DNA from: Gammaproteobacteria bacterium
GTDB taxonomy: Bacteria > Pseudomonadota > Gammaproteobacteria > GCA-002705445 > GCA-002716945
Assembly (NCBI GenBank): GCA_045561295.1
Contig: JBJKYD010000010.1
Span: forward strand, 1-64,000
Length of the DNA: 64,000 nucleotides
Direction: 5' to 3'
The position numbers were made by a program, and so were the translations under genes. Numbering within the stretch: position 1 is the stretch's first letter; each line of letters opens with the position of its first letter. Shown here in pieces: positions 19,948 through 32,772 of the stretch. A model generated the notes under the pieces. That model was not told the origin of the DNA. It did no database searches and was given only the letters and a program-made list of their open reading frames with translations.

Positions 19948-21870
19948 TTAGTTCTTATACCCAATGATTAATAGTAATAATATTAAAGCAGAAATTATGG
20001 TTAGTGAGTAATGATATATGAAACCTGTATGTACTTTGCGAACCTTATGTGAAATTTTATTAAGTAAATATGATGTATTATTAACAAATCCATTATCAAT
20101 AGCTGATATATCAACACGTCTCCATAAATATTTAGTTATAAAGTTTTGAAGTTCAGGAATATATTTAGATGAAAAAGTGTTAAAACCATATTCCTCTGTT
20201 AAGATATTTTTGATAAAAGAAGGTGTCTTTATCACAAAAGATTTTTTATAGTAATAAAAATATCCAAAGATTATAGCTGATAATAATATTAAAAAATTAA
20301 TAGTCAAAAAAGAATGTAGAAAAAAATTTAGAGAATTAATAACATAATTATTATAGAATGATACCACAAGTTCTTGTGCTGCTAACGAAGTTCCAAATAA
20401 TGTCCCCAACATTAAAGAGTCATAAATAAATATACCTAAAAATACTGAAGGTATGGTTAATACCACAAGCGGTATTAACATTTCAGTATCATTTTCTTTA
20501 TTTTTTAATTCACTATCTAAATGTAAAGTAGATTCACCAAAAAAGACCTTGGAGAATATTTTTGCTGTATATAGTGTGGTGGTAAATATGGATAATAAAA
20601 GCATTATATATGGAATTGTGTGACCATAATATCCCACCGCATCAATAATTGTCTCTTTGGAATAAAAACCTGATGTGAGAGGAAACCCAATTAAAGATAG
20701 TGAGGCATATAAAAATGCCATATACGTAATAGGCATAAACCTTCTCAAACCTCCAATTTTCCTGATATCTTGCTCATGATGACATTTTATAATTATTGAA
20801 CCAGCGCACAGAAATAATAGTGCTTTGAAGAAAGCATGAGTGATTAAATGAAAAATAGCCAATGAATATAACGATGCACCTAGTGCAGCAGTCATATAGC
20901 CTAACTGTGAGATAGTTGAATATGCAATAATTCTTTTAATATCATTTTGCACTAATGCAACTATTCCAAGGAAAAATGCAGTAATCGAACCGACGTACAA
21001 TATAAACAATGAAACATCTTCCGCTAAAACATAAAGAGGTGATAGCCTTGCGACCATATAAATACCTGCGGTTACCATAGTAGCAGCATGAATAAGGGCA
21101 GATATTGGCGTTGGGCCCTCCATAGAATCTGGAAGCCAAAAATGAAGCGGCACTTGTGCAGATTTGGCCATTGCGCCTATAAATAGTAATAAGCAAATTA
21201 AACTTAGAGTATTAAATGTATATCCAAAAATGTTTATGTTTGTATTATTTATAATATCTTTTAGTTGAAATACTTCATTATAGTTAGTTGTATTATATGA
21301 AATAAATATCAAACATAACCCTAGGATTAATCCTATATCACCCACTCTATTAACCAGAAATGCTTTGTAGTTTGCTTTAATGGCTGAATCTTTCTTAGTC
21401 CAAAAACCAATTAATAGATAAGAAGATAACCCTACAAGCTCCCATCCTATAAATAGTTGAAAAAAGTTATTTGATAAAACTATCAGAAGCATTGAGAATG
21501 TGAAAAAGTTTGTGTAAATAAAAAATCTATTAAATGATTTTTCATCTTTCATATAAGAAATAGAATAATAGTGAACAAGAAAGGAGACTGAGGTGACTAC
21601 AGTACACATTACTAGGGACAATGAATCAATATAAAGTCCAAATGCTAAGGAATATATCTTTACATCAGCGAAGACTAATACATCTTTAGATAAAGTAGAA
21701 GCATTGGATGATATATAAAGAATTAGTAAGTACACAGAAAGCAAGAAAGAAAATAATATAGATAAATTTGAAATAATAATAGTTAGTTTTTTTGATGAGT
21801 TTTGCAAGTACAAAAGGATTAGTGTCCCTATCAGTGGAGTAAGTAAAAGTAACAAAGCAATATTTATCAA
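19948..21870 (-). CDS. nuoL: NADH-quinone oxidoreductase subunit L
   Basis: [51 protein letters not shown]. Confidence 0.97.
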   Translation of the reverse strand: MINIALLLLLTPLIGTLILLYLQNSSKKLTIIISNLSILFSFLLSVYLLILYISSNASTLSKDVLVFADVKIYSLAFGLYIDSLSLVMCTVVTSVSFLVHYYSISYMKDEKSFNRFFIYTNFFTFSMLLIVLSNNFFQLFIGWELVGLSSYLLIGFWTKKDSAIKANYKAFLVNRVGDIGLILGLCLIFISYNTTNYNEVFQLKDIINNTNINIFGYTFNTLSLICLLLFIGAMAKSAQVPLHFWLPDSMEGPTPISALIHAATMVTAGIYMVARLSPLYVLAEDVSLFILYVGSITAFFLGIVALVQNDIKRIIAYSTISQLGYMTAALGASLYSLAIFHLITHAFFKALLFLCAGSIIIKCHHEQDIRKIGGLRRFMPITYMAFLYASLSLIGFPLTSGFYSKETIIDAVGYYGHTIPYIMLLLSIFTTTLYTAKIFSKVFFGESTLHLDSELKNKENDTEMLIPLVVLTIPSVFLGIFIYDSLMLGTLFGTSLAAQELVVSFYNNYVINSLNFFLHSFLTINFLILLSAIIFGYFYYYKKSFVIKTPSFIKNILTEEYGFNTFSSKYIPELQNFITKYLWRRVDISAIDNGFVNNTSYLLNKISHKVRKVHTGFIYHYSLTIISALILLLLIIGYKN

Positions 21871-22172
21871 CCTTTTAGCTCCGACAAATCATCTACATCA
21901 ATAGATTTTTTACTCCTAAATAATACAATCAATAAAGCTAGACCAATTGCAGATTCAGCTGCAACGACAGTCAATACAAAAAATACAAAAACTTGTCCAG
22001 TAAGATCCCCCAGGTAATTGCCTAATGTAATTAGATTAAAATTAACTGATAAAAACATTAATTCTAGGGACATTAATAAAACAAGAATATTTTTTCTGTT
22101 AAGAAATATACCAGCTATTGATATAGTGAATATAATTGTACTTAATATCAAATAATAACTTATTGGAATCAT
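21867..22172 (-). CDS. nuoK: NADH-quinone oxidoreductase subunit K
   Basis: [17 protein letters not shown]; operon position. Confidence 0.96.
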   Translation of the reverse strand: MIPISYYLILSTIIFTISIAGIFLNRKNILVLLMSLELMFLSVNFNLITLGNYLGDLTGQVFVFFVLTVVAAESAIGLALLIVLFRSKKSIDVDDLSELKG

Positions 22173-22173
22173 A

Positions 22174-22770
22174 TTATTCTTTGAGATCCGTTATTATCTT
22201 TAGTCTATCTTTTTTGGAAGCTGAAATCTGTTTAGTAGGGTTCTGATATTTATTTTTCGGATTTTTCCTATAAGTAAGTACAATCGCTGAGATGATTCCG
22301 AGTAATAATATTAATCCAGCAATCTCAAACTCAATAATATATTTTGTAAATAAAAGATAACCTAAGTTTTGAGTATTACTATCACTTATAATTTCTATAT
22401 TTTTAACTGCATTGTAGTCAATATTCTCAAATGTGTTAATGAAAAAATAAATTATGAGTATGTTGAAGGCTATAAAAACTGCTATCCCTAAAGGAAGATA
22501 TTTTATATATGCTGCTGTTTTTTTTGCAATATTTATATCTAGCATCATTACTACAAAAAGGAAAAGGACCATTACAGCACCTACATATACGAGAATTAGA
22601 ATGATTGATAAGAATTCAGCTCCAAGAAGCAACCATAGAACTGCAGATAAAAAAAATGAAAAGACTAAATTAATCGCTGATAGAACAGGATTTGATGATG
22701 TTATAACTTTAAAACAGGTAAATATAAGTAATGTGCTAAATATAAAAAAAGTTACTAATTCAATATTCAT
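22174..22770 (-). CDS. nuoJ: NADH-quinone oxidoreductase subunit J
   Basis: [21 protein letters not shown]. Confidence 0.96.
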   Translation of the reverse strand: MNIELVTFFIFSTLLIFTCFKVITSSNPVLSAINLVFSFFLSAVLWLLLGAEFLSIILILVYVGAVMVLFLFVVMMLDINIAKKTAAYIKYLPLGIAVFIAFNILIIYFFINTFENIDYNAVKNIEIISDSNTQNLGYLLFTKYIIEFEIAGLILLLGIISAIVLTYRKNPKNKYQNPTKQISASKKDRLKIITDLKE

Positions 22771-23252
22771 AAGTCATTTGCACTTCTATCTTTTAACTCT
22801 TGTTGTTCATATAAATCACCAATTTTTAAAAGATCTATTTTATTCATAATTCCATCGTTTCTATTTTCAAAATGGTATTCAAAAATGCTTGTCTCAATAA
22901 TTGCATCAACAGGGCATGCCTCTTCACAGAAACCGCAGTATATACATTTAAAGAGATCTATATCGTACTTAGTTGTTCGCCTTGTGTTATCATCAGCCCT
23001 CTCTTCTGTATCAATTGTTATCGCAAGTGCAGGACAAACAGCTTCACAAAGTTTACAACCGATACATCTCTCTTCTCCATTAGGATATTTTCTTAGTGCA
23101 TGGAGACCACGAAATCTAGTTGATTGTGGTGTTTTTTCTTCAGGATACTGAATAGTGATAGGTTTCTTATAAAGTTTTTTACCTGTAATACTTAGTCCTT
23201 TAAAAATCTCAAGGAAAAATAAACTTTTAATGAATTTGATTATACTGTTCAT
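22767..23252 (-). CDS. nuoI: NADH-quinone oxidoreductase subunit I
   Basis: Two CxxCxxCxxxCP motifs ([24 protein letters not shown]). Confidence 0.97.
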   Translation of the reverse strand: MNSIIKFIKSLFFLEIFKGLSITGKKLYKKPITIQYPEEKTPQSTRFRGLHALRKYPNGEERCIGCKLCEAVCPALAITIDTEERADDNTRRTTKYDIDLFKCIYCGFCEEACPVDAIIETSIFEYHFENRNDGIMNKIDLLKIGDLYEQQELKDRSANDL

Positions 23253-23254
23253 AA

Positions 23255-24268
23255 TTATAGTGGTAAATACTCAAGATATATTAAAATTCCAATAATGGTA
23301 AGCCAAAAAAAAGTAATTGGGAGAAATACTTTCCATCCCAGTCTCATGATTTGATCATACCTGTATCTTGGAAGAGTAGCTCTGAGCCAGAGAAATACGA
23401 AAATAAATAAAAGCGTTTTAATAGAAAGCCAAATGAATCCAGGAATAAAAGATAAATATGAATCTATTACAGTTCCTTGAAATGGCGATAACCACCCTCC
23501 AAAAAACATAATGCTGCATAATATGCTTATTAATATTAAGTTCATGTATTCGGCTAAAAAGAACATAGCAAATGCCATCCCTGAGTATTCCACATGAAAA
23601 CCAGCAACAATCTCAGACTCACCTTCAGATACATCAAATGGTGCTCTATTAGTTTCTGCAACTCCAGCAATAAAGTATATTAAGAATAATGGGAATAAAG
23701 GCAGCCAATACCAATTAAATAGGCTTCCAGATTGAGCGTAGATAATGTTTTGCAAGTTTAGACTTCCAGAAAGCATCAACACTCCAACTAAGGCAAAACC
23801 CATTGCAATCTCATAGGCGATTATTTGTGCTGCTGATCTCATAGAACCTAGGAACGCATATTTGGAGTTAGAAGCCCATCCAGCTAATATCACTCCGTAA
23901 ACACTTAATGATGTTAGTGCTAAAATGAATAATAACCCTGCATTAATATTAGAAATAATAAAGTATTCTGAAAGCGGAATTACAGACCAAACTAATAAAG
24001 ATGGAATAAGCATAAGCATAGGAGCGGTTAGGAAAATGCCTTTGTTAGCATTAGTAGGAATTATTATTTCTTTTGATACTAGCTTAAGAACATCTGCGAT
24101 AGGTTGCAGTAGACCAGAGGGGCCCACTCTCATTGGACCCATTCTTGATTGCATAAATCCAATTATTTTTCTTTCCGAGTAAGTAACATATGCAACTATT
24201 AAAAATAAAGGTACAATGACCACTAAAATAGATATCAAGGTCTTTATGATATAAAATATTGCTTCCAT
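23255..24268 (-). CDS. nuoH: NADH-quinone oxidoreductase subunit H
   Basis: [30 protein letters not shown]. Confidence 0.97.
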   Translation of the reverse strand: MEAIFYIIKTLISILVVIVPLFLIVAYVTYSERKIIGFMQSRMGPMRVGPSGLLQPIADVLKLVSKEIIIPTNANKGIFLTAPMLMLIPSLLVWSVIPLSEYFIISNINAGLLFILALTSLSVYGVILAGWASNSKYAFLGSMRSAAQIIAYEIAMGFALVGVLMLSGSLNLQNIIYAQSGSLFNWYWLPLFPLFLIYFIAGVAETNRAPFDVSEGESEIVAGFHVEYSGMAFAMFFLAEYMNLILISILCSIMFFGGWLSPFQGTVIDSYLSFIPGFIWLSIKTLLFIFVFLWLRATLPRYRYDQIMRLGWKVFLPITFFWLTIIGILIYLEYLPL

Positions 24269-26508
24269 TACGATAGGTCTACACTAGTATTGTAAGAACC
24301 AATTTTCTGTGCATATCTTCCATTCATTTTTACCAAAATAGTATTATCAGGTTTATCATGAACTTTAATATTTGCTTTAATTTTAAAACTATTTTCTGAT
24401 TCATTAATTGTAATTTTTGACTCACTATTGATTTTCATACTATTGGGGATGCTCATGAAATCATCATTATCATGTGTGGTCAGTAAAGATTTACATCTTC
24501 TCAATGTTGGGTTATTTGAGTTTGAGCTTCTGATAATTATTTTTTCTAGGGTATTCTTTTCGTTTGTCATCTCTATAGTATCAATAAGAATGTAATTACT
24601 TTTAATATTCATTTTAGATAAAATTTCATTTATATCTTTAGAGATTTGCTCATCATCAATGTTAATTCCAAGTCTTTTTGAAAGTCCCAATAGTATCTCT
24701 AATCCATTCTTAGATTGTCCTCTTGGAGATATAACTTGATTAAATACTTGAAGTTGTTTGTTTGTATTTAGGTAAGAGCCATGAGATTCTTGTTGAACAG
24801 CTAGCGGATAAACAACATCTGCATACTTATTAATAGAATCTGTCATATAAGAAGAAAAGAATACATTGAATTTAGAATTTTTTAATCTATCTATAATTTC
24901 TGTGTCATTAGAGAAATCATATTCAGGCTCAAGATTATAAATGATTAATAAGTCATTCTTAGGATATGATGAAAGGTAAGCTGTGTTCTTGAATTCTTCT
25001 ATTTCAATACCTCCCGGCAATCTATGAGGAACAACGCCCATTGCCCAAGCGCCTGATGTATTACATTGATCCCCTAAAAGAGATAATTTAGAATTTATTG
25101 ATTTTGCATATCTACTAATATTATTAGTAATATTAGTATAATTCTTCAAATAAGTTGTTGATGGACCCATGATTATAAGATTTTTTTTATCTTTGTTAAT
25201 ATTTGATAAAAAATTATTTGAAGTGGTAGTAAAATATTTTTCGAGCTCTTTTGGGCTTAACGTTTCTGAATGAGAGATATCAAAATTCTCCAAGTATTCA
25301 TAAGCTGACAAAGAGATAATATTAGTAGAGTTTTGTTTGACTGCATTTCTTAAATATACGGATAGTATAGGGAATTCTTTGCTAATGTTAACATTTACAA
25401 GAATTATATTTTCCATAAATTCGATTTCACTAAGTTTTATATCGAATGATGGGATAATAGGATAGTAATCTTGATATCCAAAATCACACTCTTTGCTTCT
25501 ATGATCAATGTTAGGAATACCACTTTCTCTAAGAATTTTTTGAAATAAGTACATCTCTTCGCATGATGATTGTGCTGACATCACAGCTGTTGTACTTGAT
25601 GTATACTCTTGCATTTTTTGAGATACAGCTTGATTAAGTGTTTCCAAATCAGATTGAATAAGCTTATTCTCACTTCTGACAAATGGGGAAAGTATTCTTT
25701 CTTCAGATTCAATTCCTTCATGCCCGAATCGGTCGCTATCAGCTAACCATGATAAATTTATTTGTTCATTTTCTTTTGGAACAGTTCTTTTAATTTCATT
25801 TTTATATGTATGATAATAAATATTTGAACCTAAACAATCATTTGAAGAAATAGAACTAATTTGCTTTAAGTCCCATGTTCTAGCACTGTACTTATACAGG
25901 TTGTTATTTAATGCTCCTACAGGGCAAAGGTCAATAACATTTCCAGATAGTTCAGAAGTCAGACTTTGATTTACAAATGTTTCAATCTTAGTCTCCTCGC
26001 CTCTACCTGTCATACCAAGTTCTTTTATGCCTGCAACTTCCTCTCCAAAACGTACACATCGACTACAATGAATACATCGGGTCATTTCAGTTGTAACAAG
26101 ATTGCCAATATCTTTATCTATTACAGTACGTTTTATCTCTTTATAATTTGATTTATAATCTCCATGATCTAAGGAGATATCTTGAAGTTCACATTCGCCA
26201 GCTTGATCACAAACAGGACAATCTAGTGGATGATTAATTAACAAGAACTCCATAGTACTTTTTTGAGCATCTTCTGTAACTGAGCCCACAGTATTAACTT
26301 TCATACCATCTCTTACAATTGTAGAGCATGCAGGTTGAGGGTATTTAGCACCCTCAACTTCAACAAGACACATTCTACAACTTGCTACAATACTTAATCT
26401 TTTATGATAGCAAAATCTTGGAATATGAATATCATGACGGTCAGCAACTTGTATGATAGTTTCATCATCTAATGCTTGATATTTATTGTTATTAATATAA
26501 ATGTCCAT
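24268..26508 (-). CDS. nuoG: NADH-quinone oxidoreductase subunit G
   Basis: [51 protein letters not shown]. Confidence 0.96.
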   Translation of the reverse strand: MDIYINNNKYQALDDETIIQVADRHDIHIPRFCYHKRLSIVASCRMCLVEVEGAKYPQPACSTIVRDGMKVNTVGSVTEDAQKSTMEFLLINHPLDCPVCDQAGECELQDISLDHGDYKSNYKEIKRTVIDKDIGNLVTTEMTRCIHCSRCVRFGEEVAGIKELGMTGRGEETKIETFVNQSLTSELSGNVIDLCPVGALNNNLYKYSARTWDLKQISSISSNDCLGSNIYYHTYKNEIKRTVPKENEQINLSWLADSDRFGHEGIESEERILSPFVRSENKLIQSDLETLNQAVSQKMQEYTSSTTAVMSAQSSCEEMYLFQKILRESGIPNIDHRSKECDFGYQDYYPIIPSFDIKLSEIEFMENIILVNVNISKEFPILSVYLRNAVKQNSTNIISLSAYEYLENFDISHSETLSPKELEKYFTTTSNNFLSNINKDKKNLIIMGPSTTYLKNYTNITNNISRYAKSINSKLSLLGDQCNTSGAWAMGVVPHRLPGGIEIEEFKNTAYLSSYPKNDLLIIYNLEPEYDFSNDTEIIDRLKNSKFNVFFSSYMTDSINKYADVVYPLAVQQESHGSYLNTNKQLQVFNQVISPRGQSKNGLEILLGLSKRLGINIDDEQISKDINEILSKMNIKSNYILIDTIEMTNEKNTLEKIIIRSSNSNNPTLRRCKSLLTTHDNDDFMSIPNSMKINSESKITINESENSFKIKANIKVHDKPDNTILVKMNGRYAQKIGSYNTSVDLS

Positions 26509-27774
26509 CTATATAACCATTGATTGCTTCTTATCGACATAATACTCAAATTCAGTCCAAAAGTGTTTAAGAAAACTTATTACAGGCATGGCCGCTGCAT
26601 CTCCTAATGCACAAATACAATGTCCCTCTATCTGAGTTGCAACTTTATTTAATAAATCTAAATCTGATTGATCGCCATTACCTGATCTAATTTTAACTAA
26701 TGTCTTGTATAACCATCCAGTTCCTTCTCTACATGGAGTACACTGCCCACATGATTCTGCATAATAAAATCTTGAAATTCTCTCAAGGACGGAGACCATA
26801 CACGTAGATTCATCCATTACAATAATTCCTCCAGAACCTAGCATAGTCCCTATCTTCATTAGGGACTCATAATCCATTGGTGTTTCCATGATATCTTCAC
26901 CTTTTACTACTGGAACTGATGATCCTCCAGGTATAACTGCTTTTAGTTTTTTGTCATCCAGTACCCCCTTACATTCATTTAATAATTTAGAAAATGGTAC
27001 GCCTAGTGGTGCCTCAATTACAGATGGTTTATTTAGATGTCCGCTCATGCAAAACATTTTTACTCCATCAGAATCATTTACTCCAAGATTTTTATACCAT
27101 TCCGAACCATTTTTTATAATATATGGAACAGTGGCTAGTGTTTCAGTGTTATTAATGATTGTAGGTTTACCATACAGTCCTTGTACAGCAGGAAAAGGCG
27201 GTTTTATCCTTGGCATTCCTCTTTTGCCTTCAATAGATTCTAACATTGCAGTTTCTTCACCAACAATATAAGCTCCTGCACCAATTAGTGGGACTATCTC
27301 AATACATAAATTAGATTTCAAAATATTTTTACCTATAAAATTATATTCATAAGCTTCTTTGACGGCTTTGTTAAATACAACCCATTGATCACCGATAAAT
27401 TCTCCACGCAAATAATTATAGCCAACAGATGCTCCAATAGCATAAGAAGCAATTAACATTCCTTCTATGACAGCATGAGGATTGTATCTGAGTATATCCC
27501 GGTCTTTACATGTACCTGGCTCACTTTCATCGGAGTTACAAACAAGGTACTTTTGTTGATCACTTGAATTAATAAATGACCATTTCAGTCCCGTAGAGAA
27601 TCCTGCTCCTCCTTTACCTCTAAGCCCAGACTCTTTTATAATTGTTATAACTTCAGATTTAGGTATCTCTCCAGAAATTATCTTTTTCCAGGAGCTATAA
27701 CCATCTTGGGACAGATAAGTCTCAATACTTGAAGGATTCTTAAGAGAAAAAGTTGATGTGCATAAGTTAGTCAT
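26509..27774 (-). CDS. nuoF: NADH-quinone oxidoreductase subunit F (likely ATG 27774; ORF track starts 27786)
   Basis: GLRGKGGAGF, DESEPGT, GEETA, ESCGQCTPCREG. Confidence 0.97.
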   Translation of the reverse strand: MTNLCTSTFSLKNPSSIETYLSQDGYSSWKKIISGEIPKSEVITIIKESGLRGKGGAGFSTGLKWSFINSSDQQKYLVCNSDESEPGTCKDRDILRYNPHAVIEGMLIASYAIGASVGYNYLRGEFIGDQWVVFNKAVKEAYEYNFIGKNILKSNLCIEIVPLIGAGAYIVGEETAMLESIEGKRGMPRIKPPFPAVQGLYGKPTIINNTETLATVPYIIKNGSEWYKNLGVNDSDGVKMFCMSGHLNKPSVIEAPLGVPFSKLLNECKGVLDDKKLKAVIPGGSSVPVVKGEDIMETPMDYESLMKIGTMLGSGGIIVMDESTCMVSVLERISRFYYAESCGQCTPCREGTGWLYKTLVKIRSGNGDQSDLDLLNKVATQIEGHCICALGDAAAMPVISFLKHFWTEFEYYVDKKQSMVI

Positions 27775-28267
27775 TAGCAATCTCATCTAGTATTTTATCA
27801 ACTTTTTCAGTTGTAAGATTCTCATAATTGATATGATTTACTTGCATCATCGGAGCACCGTTACAAGCAGCAAGACATTCCATTTCATCTTTAAGGTAAA
27901 ATTTATTATCTTTAGTGGACTCGCCAATTTTAATTTTTAATCTTTTTTCAATATGACTAACAATACCATCAGAATTTCTTAACATGCATGAAATGTTTGT
28001 ACATACAGATATTGTATTTTTGCCTACAGGTTTTAAGTTAAACATAGAATAAAAAGTTGCTACTTCATAAACATCAATTTTCTGTATGCTTAAGTAATTT
28101 GCGAGCGAGGTGATTAGTTCATCGTTGAGGAAACCATTATTATCATGCTGAATGATTAATAATGATTCTATTATTGCTGACTTACTTCTATCCTTTGGAA
28201 ATTTACTTCTGATTAAGTCAATCTCTCTAATCATATTTTCTGAAAATATATGTTTAGAATCCGTCAT
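27767..28267 (-). CDS. nuoE: NADH-quinone oxidoreductase subunit E
   Basis: [21 protein letters not shown] 2Fe-2S ligands. Confidence 0.96.
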   Translation of the reverse strand: MTDSKHIFSENMIREIDLIRSKFPKDRSKSAIIESLLIIQHDNNGFLNDELITSLANYLSIQKIDVYEVATFYSMFNLKPVGKNTISVCTNISCMLRNSDGIVSHIEKRLKIKIGESTKDNKFYLKDEMECLAACNGAPMMQVNHINYENLTTEKVDKILDEIAND

Positions 28268-29517
28268 CTATCAATCTCACCAAAAACTATATCTTGAGTA
28301 CCAATTATTGCTACAACATCTGATAACATATGACCTTTAGACATCTCATTAAGTGCCGCAAGATGAGGGAAACCTGGTGCTCTAATTTTTAATCTGTACG
28401 GTTTATTTGCGCCGTCTGAAATCATATATACTCCAAATTCTCCTTTTGGTGCTTCCACTGCAGCATATACCTCACCTTCTGGTACACAGTAACCTTCGCT
28501 GAATAATTTAAAATGATGTATTAGAGACTCCATATTATCTTTCATATCATCTCGATCAGGTGGTGCTATTTTTGAGTTAGACGAGATATGTTGCCCATCA
28601 TCTTTTTTTAGCCATTCACAGCACTGCTGGATAATCTTTGCCGACTCTCTCATTTCTTGTATTCTTACTAGATAGCGGTCATACGAATCTCCTTCTGTTC
28701 CTATTGGAATGTCGAACTTAAGATTTTTGTATACTTCATAAGGCTCTTTTTTTCTAAGGTCCCAGCTTACACCAGACCCTCTTAACATAGGGCCAGTAAA
28801 CCCTAAATCAATAGCACGCTCAGGTGATACCACACCAATACCAACAGTTCTTTGTTTCCAAATCCTATTCTCTGTTAATAAATTTTCATATTCATCAACA
28901 TTTTTAGGAAATCTATCTACAAAACTATCTATAAAATCTAATAAGGTGCCTTCCCTATTATAATTAAGTGTTTCTATTTGCTCTAAATTTTGATTTTTGT
29001 TTAGCATAAACTTAGGCATAACATTAGGTAAGTCTTTTGCTACTCCACCAGGTCTATAATATGTAGCATGCATTCTTGTTCCTGATACGGCTTCATAACA
29101 ATCCATTAAATCCTCTCTTTCTCTGAATGCATATAAAAATACCGACATTGCTCCAATGTCTAATGCATGGGCACCAAGCCATAAAAGGTGATTTAAAATT
29201 CTTGTGATTTCATCAAACATTACTCGAATATATTGAGCTCTTACTGGAACTTCTAATTTTAGTAGCTTTTCAATTGCTAGAACATATGCATGTTCATTAC
29301 ACATCATAGAGACATAATCCAATCTGTCCATGTAGCCAATATTTTGATTGTAAGGTTTAGACTCTGCCAATTTTTCTGTTGCTCTGTGTAAAAGTCCTAT
29401 GTGAGGATCAGCACTACGAATAACTTCGCCATCCATTTCTAAGATTAATCTCAGCACTCCGTGGGCCGCTGGATGTTGCGGTCCAAAATTCATTGTAAAA
29501 TTTTTATAATCGCTCAT
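28264..29517 (-). CDS. nuoD: NADH-quinone oxidoreductase subunit D
   Basis: [21 protein letters not shown]-terminal FGEIDR. Confidence 0.98.
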   Translation of the reverse strand: MSDYKNFTMNFGPQHPAAHGVLRLILEMDGEVIRSADPHIGLLHRATEKLAESKPYNQNIGYMDRLDYVSMMCNEHAYVLAIEKLLKLEVPVRAQYIRVMFDEITRILNHLLWLGAHALDIGAMSVFLYAFREREDLMDCYEAVSGTRMHATYYRPGGVAKDLPNVMPKFMLNKNQNLEQIETLNYNREGTLLDFIDSFVDRFPKNVDEYENLLTENRIWKQRTVGIGVVSPERAIDLGFTGPMLRGSGVSWDLRKKEPYEVYKNLKFDIPIGTEGDSYDRYLVRIQEMRESAKIIQQCCEWLKKDDGQHISSNSKIAPPDRDDMKDNMESLIHHFKLFSEGYCVPEGEVYAAVEAPKGEFGVYMISDGANKPYRLKIRAPGFPHLAALNEMSKGHMLSDVVAIIGTQDIVFGEIDR

Positions 29518-30158
29518 TTTCTCTTCCTTATAACTTTTGGAACTAGCGTTCTTGGTGATATATCAACAGGGACATTTACTACTTTTTTTTGCTCAGGGTC
29601 ATAAGTAACCTGAGTATTACCTATTAGAGGAAATTTCTTTCTGAAGGGATGTCCTATAAAGCCATAGTCAGTAAGTATCCTTCTTAAATCTTGATGGCCT
29701 TCGAATAATACACCAAATAAATCATAAGCTTCTCTCTCATACCAATCAGCAGATGCAAAAATATCCGTTACAGACGGAACAATTAATGACTCATTAGATA
29801 AATTACATTTAACGCGTATCCTCATATTATGTTTAATAGATAGCAGATGATAAACAACACATAATTTATATTCCTGATTAACATCTTCAGTAACAAAGTC
29901 AATTCTGCTGTGTGACTGAGGATTTATACCTCTATTGTAACCTTTGGATGTTGTCTCTTTTGTTTCCCATTCTGATTGCCCATATTCAATTAAATCAACA
30001 GCGCATAAGTCTATTAGTTGATTGAACTGTAAATCTTTTGTTTCTTTGAGGGTTTTAAGAACTTTCCTAAGATTTAATTTATCAACAGTCAGAGTAATCA
30101 TGTCAGATTCAACATAATCAATAACTAACTCTTGAAATAATTCCCTAATTTTATTCAT
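29514..30158 (-). CDS. nuoC: NADH-quinone oxidoreductase subunit C (not fused to D)
   Basis: [28 protein letters not shown]. Confidence 0.96.
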   Translation of the reverse strand: MNKIRELFQELVIDYVESDMITLTVDKLNLRKVLKTLKETKDLQFNQLIDLCAVDLIEYGQSEWETKETTSKGYNRGINPQSHSRIDFVTEDVNQEYKLCVVYHLLSIKHNMRIRVKCNLSNESLIVPSVTDIFASADWYEREAYDLFGVLFEGHQDLRRILTDYGFIGHPFRKKFPLIGNTQVTYDPEQKKVVNVPVDISPRTLVPKVIRKRK

Positions 30159-30161
30159 AAG

Positions 30162-30641
30162 TTATTTAATTTTTATTCTATTTTTATTTCTTATTTTATT
30201 TTGTAATTGAAGGATGCCGTATAGCAGTGCTTCAGCAGTTGGTGGGCAACCAGGCACATAAACATCCACCGGAACGATTCGGTCGCAACCTCTTACAACA
30301 GAATATGAATAGTGATAATATCCACCTCCGTTAGCACAAGAACCCATAGAGATAACCCATTTAGGATCAGCCATTTGATCGTAAACTTTTCTTAAAGCTG
30401 GAGCCATCTTATTTACAAGTGTGCCTGCAACAATCATAACATCAGATTGTCTAGGGCTTGGTCTAAATAACATTCCAAATCTGTCTAAGTCATATCTTGA
30501 AGCGCCTGCATGCATCATTTCTATAGAGCAGCATGCCAAACCGAATGTCATAGGCCATAATGAACCTGTTCTTGCCCAGTCAAATAAACTGTCTGAGTCA
30601 GCTAAAACAAAGCCGTCTCTTTTTATATTTTCTAATCCCAC
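30162..30641 (-). CDS. nuoB: NADH-quinone oxidoreductase subunit B (likely GTG start 30641)
   Basis: [30 protein letters not shown]. Confidence 0.97.
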   Translation of the reverse strand: MGLENIKRDGFVLADSDSLFDWARTGSLWPMTFGLACCSIEMMHAGASRYDLDRFGMLFRPSPRQSDVMIVAGTLVNKMAPALRKVYDQMADPKWVISMGSCANGGGYYHYSYSVVRGCDRIVPVDVYVPGCPPTAEALLYGILQLQNKIRNKNRIKIK

Positions 30642-30988
30642 TCTAAAGCCCCTTTTTTCCATTCATATATAAAACCAATTAGTAAAATAAATAAAAATAC
30701 AGCCATAGCTAAAAATCCTTCATGACCTATATGATCTAGAACGACAGCCCAAGGAAACAAAAAAGCAATCTCAAGGTCGAATATGATAAATAGTATGGCT
30801 ACAAGATAGAATCTTACATCAAATTTCATTCGGCTATCTTCAAACGGTTCAAATCCACACTCATATGGTGAATTTTTTTCAGAATCAGGATTACTCCCTC
30901 CGAAAAAGAAACCCGCGGTCATCATTACAGATGCAAATATCAAAGCAATGAATAAAAAAATTAAAATTGGTAGGTATTCAAATAACAT
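30632..30988 (-). CDS. nuoA: NADH-quinone oxidoreductase subunit A
   Basis: [23 protein letters not shown]. Confidence 0.97.
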   Translation of the reverse strand: MLFEYLPILIFLFIALIFASVMMTAGFFFGGSNPDSEKNSPYECGFEPFEDSRMKFDVRFYLVAILFIIFDLEIAFLFPWAVVLDHIGHEGFLAMAVFLFILLIGFIYEWKKGALEWD

Positions 30989-31047
30989 ATCTTATTATAT
31001 CCTATATGTAATCAAATACTAACAGGCATTGTAGGCAGATAACCTTC

Positions 31048-31611
31048 ATGAAAGACATAGAAACATTAGTAAATGTAAGAGAAAACATATCATCAAATCT
31101 TCTAGATGGTGTGAAAAATAGAAAATCTGATTTTAGAACTTTTACTCTTTGCACAACCGGAGAAGTACCTTCTGGAAGAACTGTAGTTTTACGAGGCTAT
31201 GATGCTACAAATAATCTACTTACATTTCATACAAACTTTCACGCCGAAAAAGTTGAACACCTAAATTCTAATCCTGACGTATGTTGTGTTTTCTATAGTA
31301 AATCGTCAAAGCTCCAAATAAGGTGCTTCGGTATAGCAAATATTAATCATAAAAATAAAAAATCTGATAGTTCATGGAAAAAAATGGGTGATATTTCTAA
31401 AGAATGTTATTTTCAAAATCCTCTTCCTGGCACTCCAATCAATAATTATGATAACTTTGAGAAGAATATTGAGAATAAAGAAAGCGATTTTTTTTGTGTG
31501 GTAGAAATAAAATTGTGCAAAATAGATTGGCTATTTCTTAAAAGAGAGGGCCATAGAAGAGCAAATATATTCTTAAATGATAAAAAAGAAGATTTATGGG
31601 TTAGTCCATAA
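31048..31611 (+). CDS. Pyridoxamine 5'-phosphate oxidase-related FMN-binding protein
   Basis: PSGRTVVLRG, FHTN, LQIR, IDWLFL, HRRA split-barrel pattern. Confidence 0.8.
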   Translation: MKDIETLVNVRENISSNLLDGVKNRKSDFRTFTLCTTGEVPSGRTVVLRGYDATNNLLTFHTNFHAEKVEHLNSNPDVCCVFYSKSSKLQIRCFGIANINHKNKKSDSSWKKMGDISKECYFQNPLPGTPINNYDNFEKNIENKESDFFCVVEIKLCKIDWLFLKREGHRRANIFLNDKKEDLWVSP

Positions 31612-31613
31612 AT

Positions 31614-31695
31614 TGCCGATGGCCGGACTCGAACCGGCACGACTTACGCCACTGCCCCCTCAAGACAGCGTGTCTACCAGTTCCACCACATCGGC
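31614..31695 (-). tRNA. tRNA-Leu (GAG), CCA not encoded
   Basis: GCCGATG/CATCGGC acceptor stem, anticodon arm CTGTC-TTGAGGG-GGCAG, long variable arm, GTTCGAGTC T-loop; follows secG. Confidence 0.95.
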
Positions 31696-32007
31696 TTAAG
31701 GTTTATTGAATTCTTCTTGTTTATCAATTGTCTCTTCCTGAACGGTATCGCTAATCAAGCTTTTAGAACCTGATGATTTATTTGAAGAGATATAGGCGAG
31801 GCTAAGGCTAGTTACAAAGAAACTTAGAGCGATTACTGTTGTAACTTTATTCATGAATGTTGCACTACCTCTAGCGCCGAAGACTGTAGATGATGCGCCA
31901 GAGCCAAATGCTGCGCCTGCATCTGCGCCTTTTCCTTGTTGAACGAGCACTAATATAATCAAAATTACTGCCAATATGATGTGAATAGTTAGTATCGCTG
32001 TTTGCAT
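31696..32007 (-). CDS. secG: Preprotein translocase subunit SecG
   Basis: LVQQGKGADAGAAFGSGASSTVFG, two TM segments. Confidence 0.96.
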   Translation of the reverse strand: MQTAILTIHIILAVILIILVLVQQGKGADAGAAFGSGASSTVFGARGSATFMNKVTTVIALSFFVTSLSLAYISSNKSSGSKSLISDTVQEETIDKQEEFNKP

Positions 32008-32019
32008 TGTGTATTTATC

Positions 32020-32772
32020 TCAAATTGTGGAACAAATATCAATAAATTTTTTTGCTATTAGAGATGCGCCACCAATTAAAAGCCCACTAACGTATTGTGT
32101 CTTCATCAAAGATTGTGCATTTTCTGGCGAGACACTTCCCCCATATAGCAACTTAATGGGCTCATTAGATTCGTTATATCTCTTAACAGTATTATATATA
32201 TAACCAAAAGTATTAGATAATTCTTTGGCTGATGGAATCAGACCAGTGCCTATCGCCCAAACAGGTTCATAAGCAATAATTACTTTATTGGATCTTTTTG
32301 ATTTATTTAAGCTTTTAAATAGAGATTGTAATTGTTTATTGAGGATGTATTTAGTTCTTTTAGTTTTATACTCTTTTAGAGTCTCTCCAATACAATATAT
32401 TACTTTAATATTATTTTCACGAAGCCTTGAGACCTTCTCACATAGAGATAAGTTATTTTCATCTAGGATATGTCTTCTTTCTGAGTGCCCAACAAGACAA
32501 TATTGAATTTTTGAGTCTTTCAACATTGTAGCTGAAATCTCTCCAGTGAGTGCTCCATCATTATATGCAGATACATTTTGGGAACCAATATTAATAATTT
32601 CTTTTTTATTAATATTTTTTATTGATAACAGATAAATGCTTGGCGGAAATATTATTACTTCGTGTTTAATATTATTTTTTTTTACTCCGCGAATAATATC
32701 TTGTGCAAGCTTAATACTTGACTTGATGTTTCCATTTTGCTTCCAATTACCTGCGATTATTTTTTTTGACAT
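32020..32772 (-). CDS. tpiA: Triosephosphate isomerase
   Basis: AGNWK, GHSERR, AYEPVWAIGTG, YGGSV, IGGASL. Confidence 0.97.
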   Translation of the reverse strand: MSKKIIAGNWKQNGNIKSSIKLAQDIIRGVKKNNIKHEVIIFPPSIYLLSIKNINKKEIINIGSQNVSAYNDGALTGEISATMLKDSKIQYCLVGHSERRHILDENNLSLCEKVSRLRENNIKVIYCIGETLKEYKTKRTKYILNKQLQSLFKSLNKSKRSNKVIIAYEPVWAIGTGLIPSAKELSNTFGYIYNTVKRYNESNEPIKLLYGGSVSPENAQSLMKTQYVSGLLIGGASLIAKKFIDICSTI

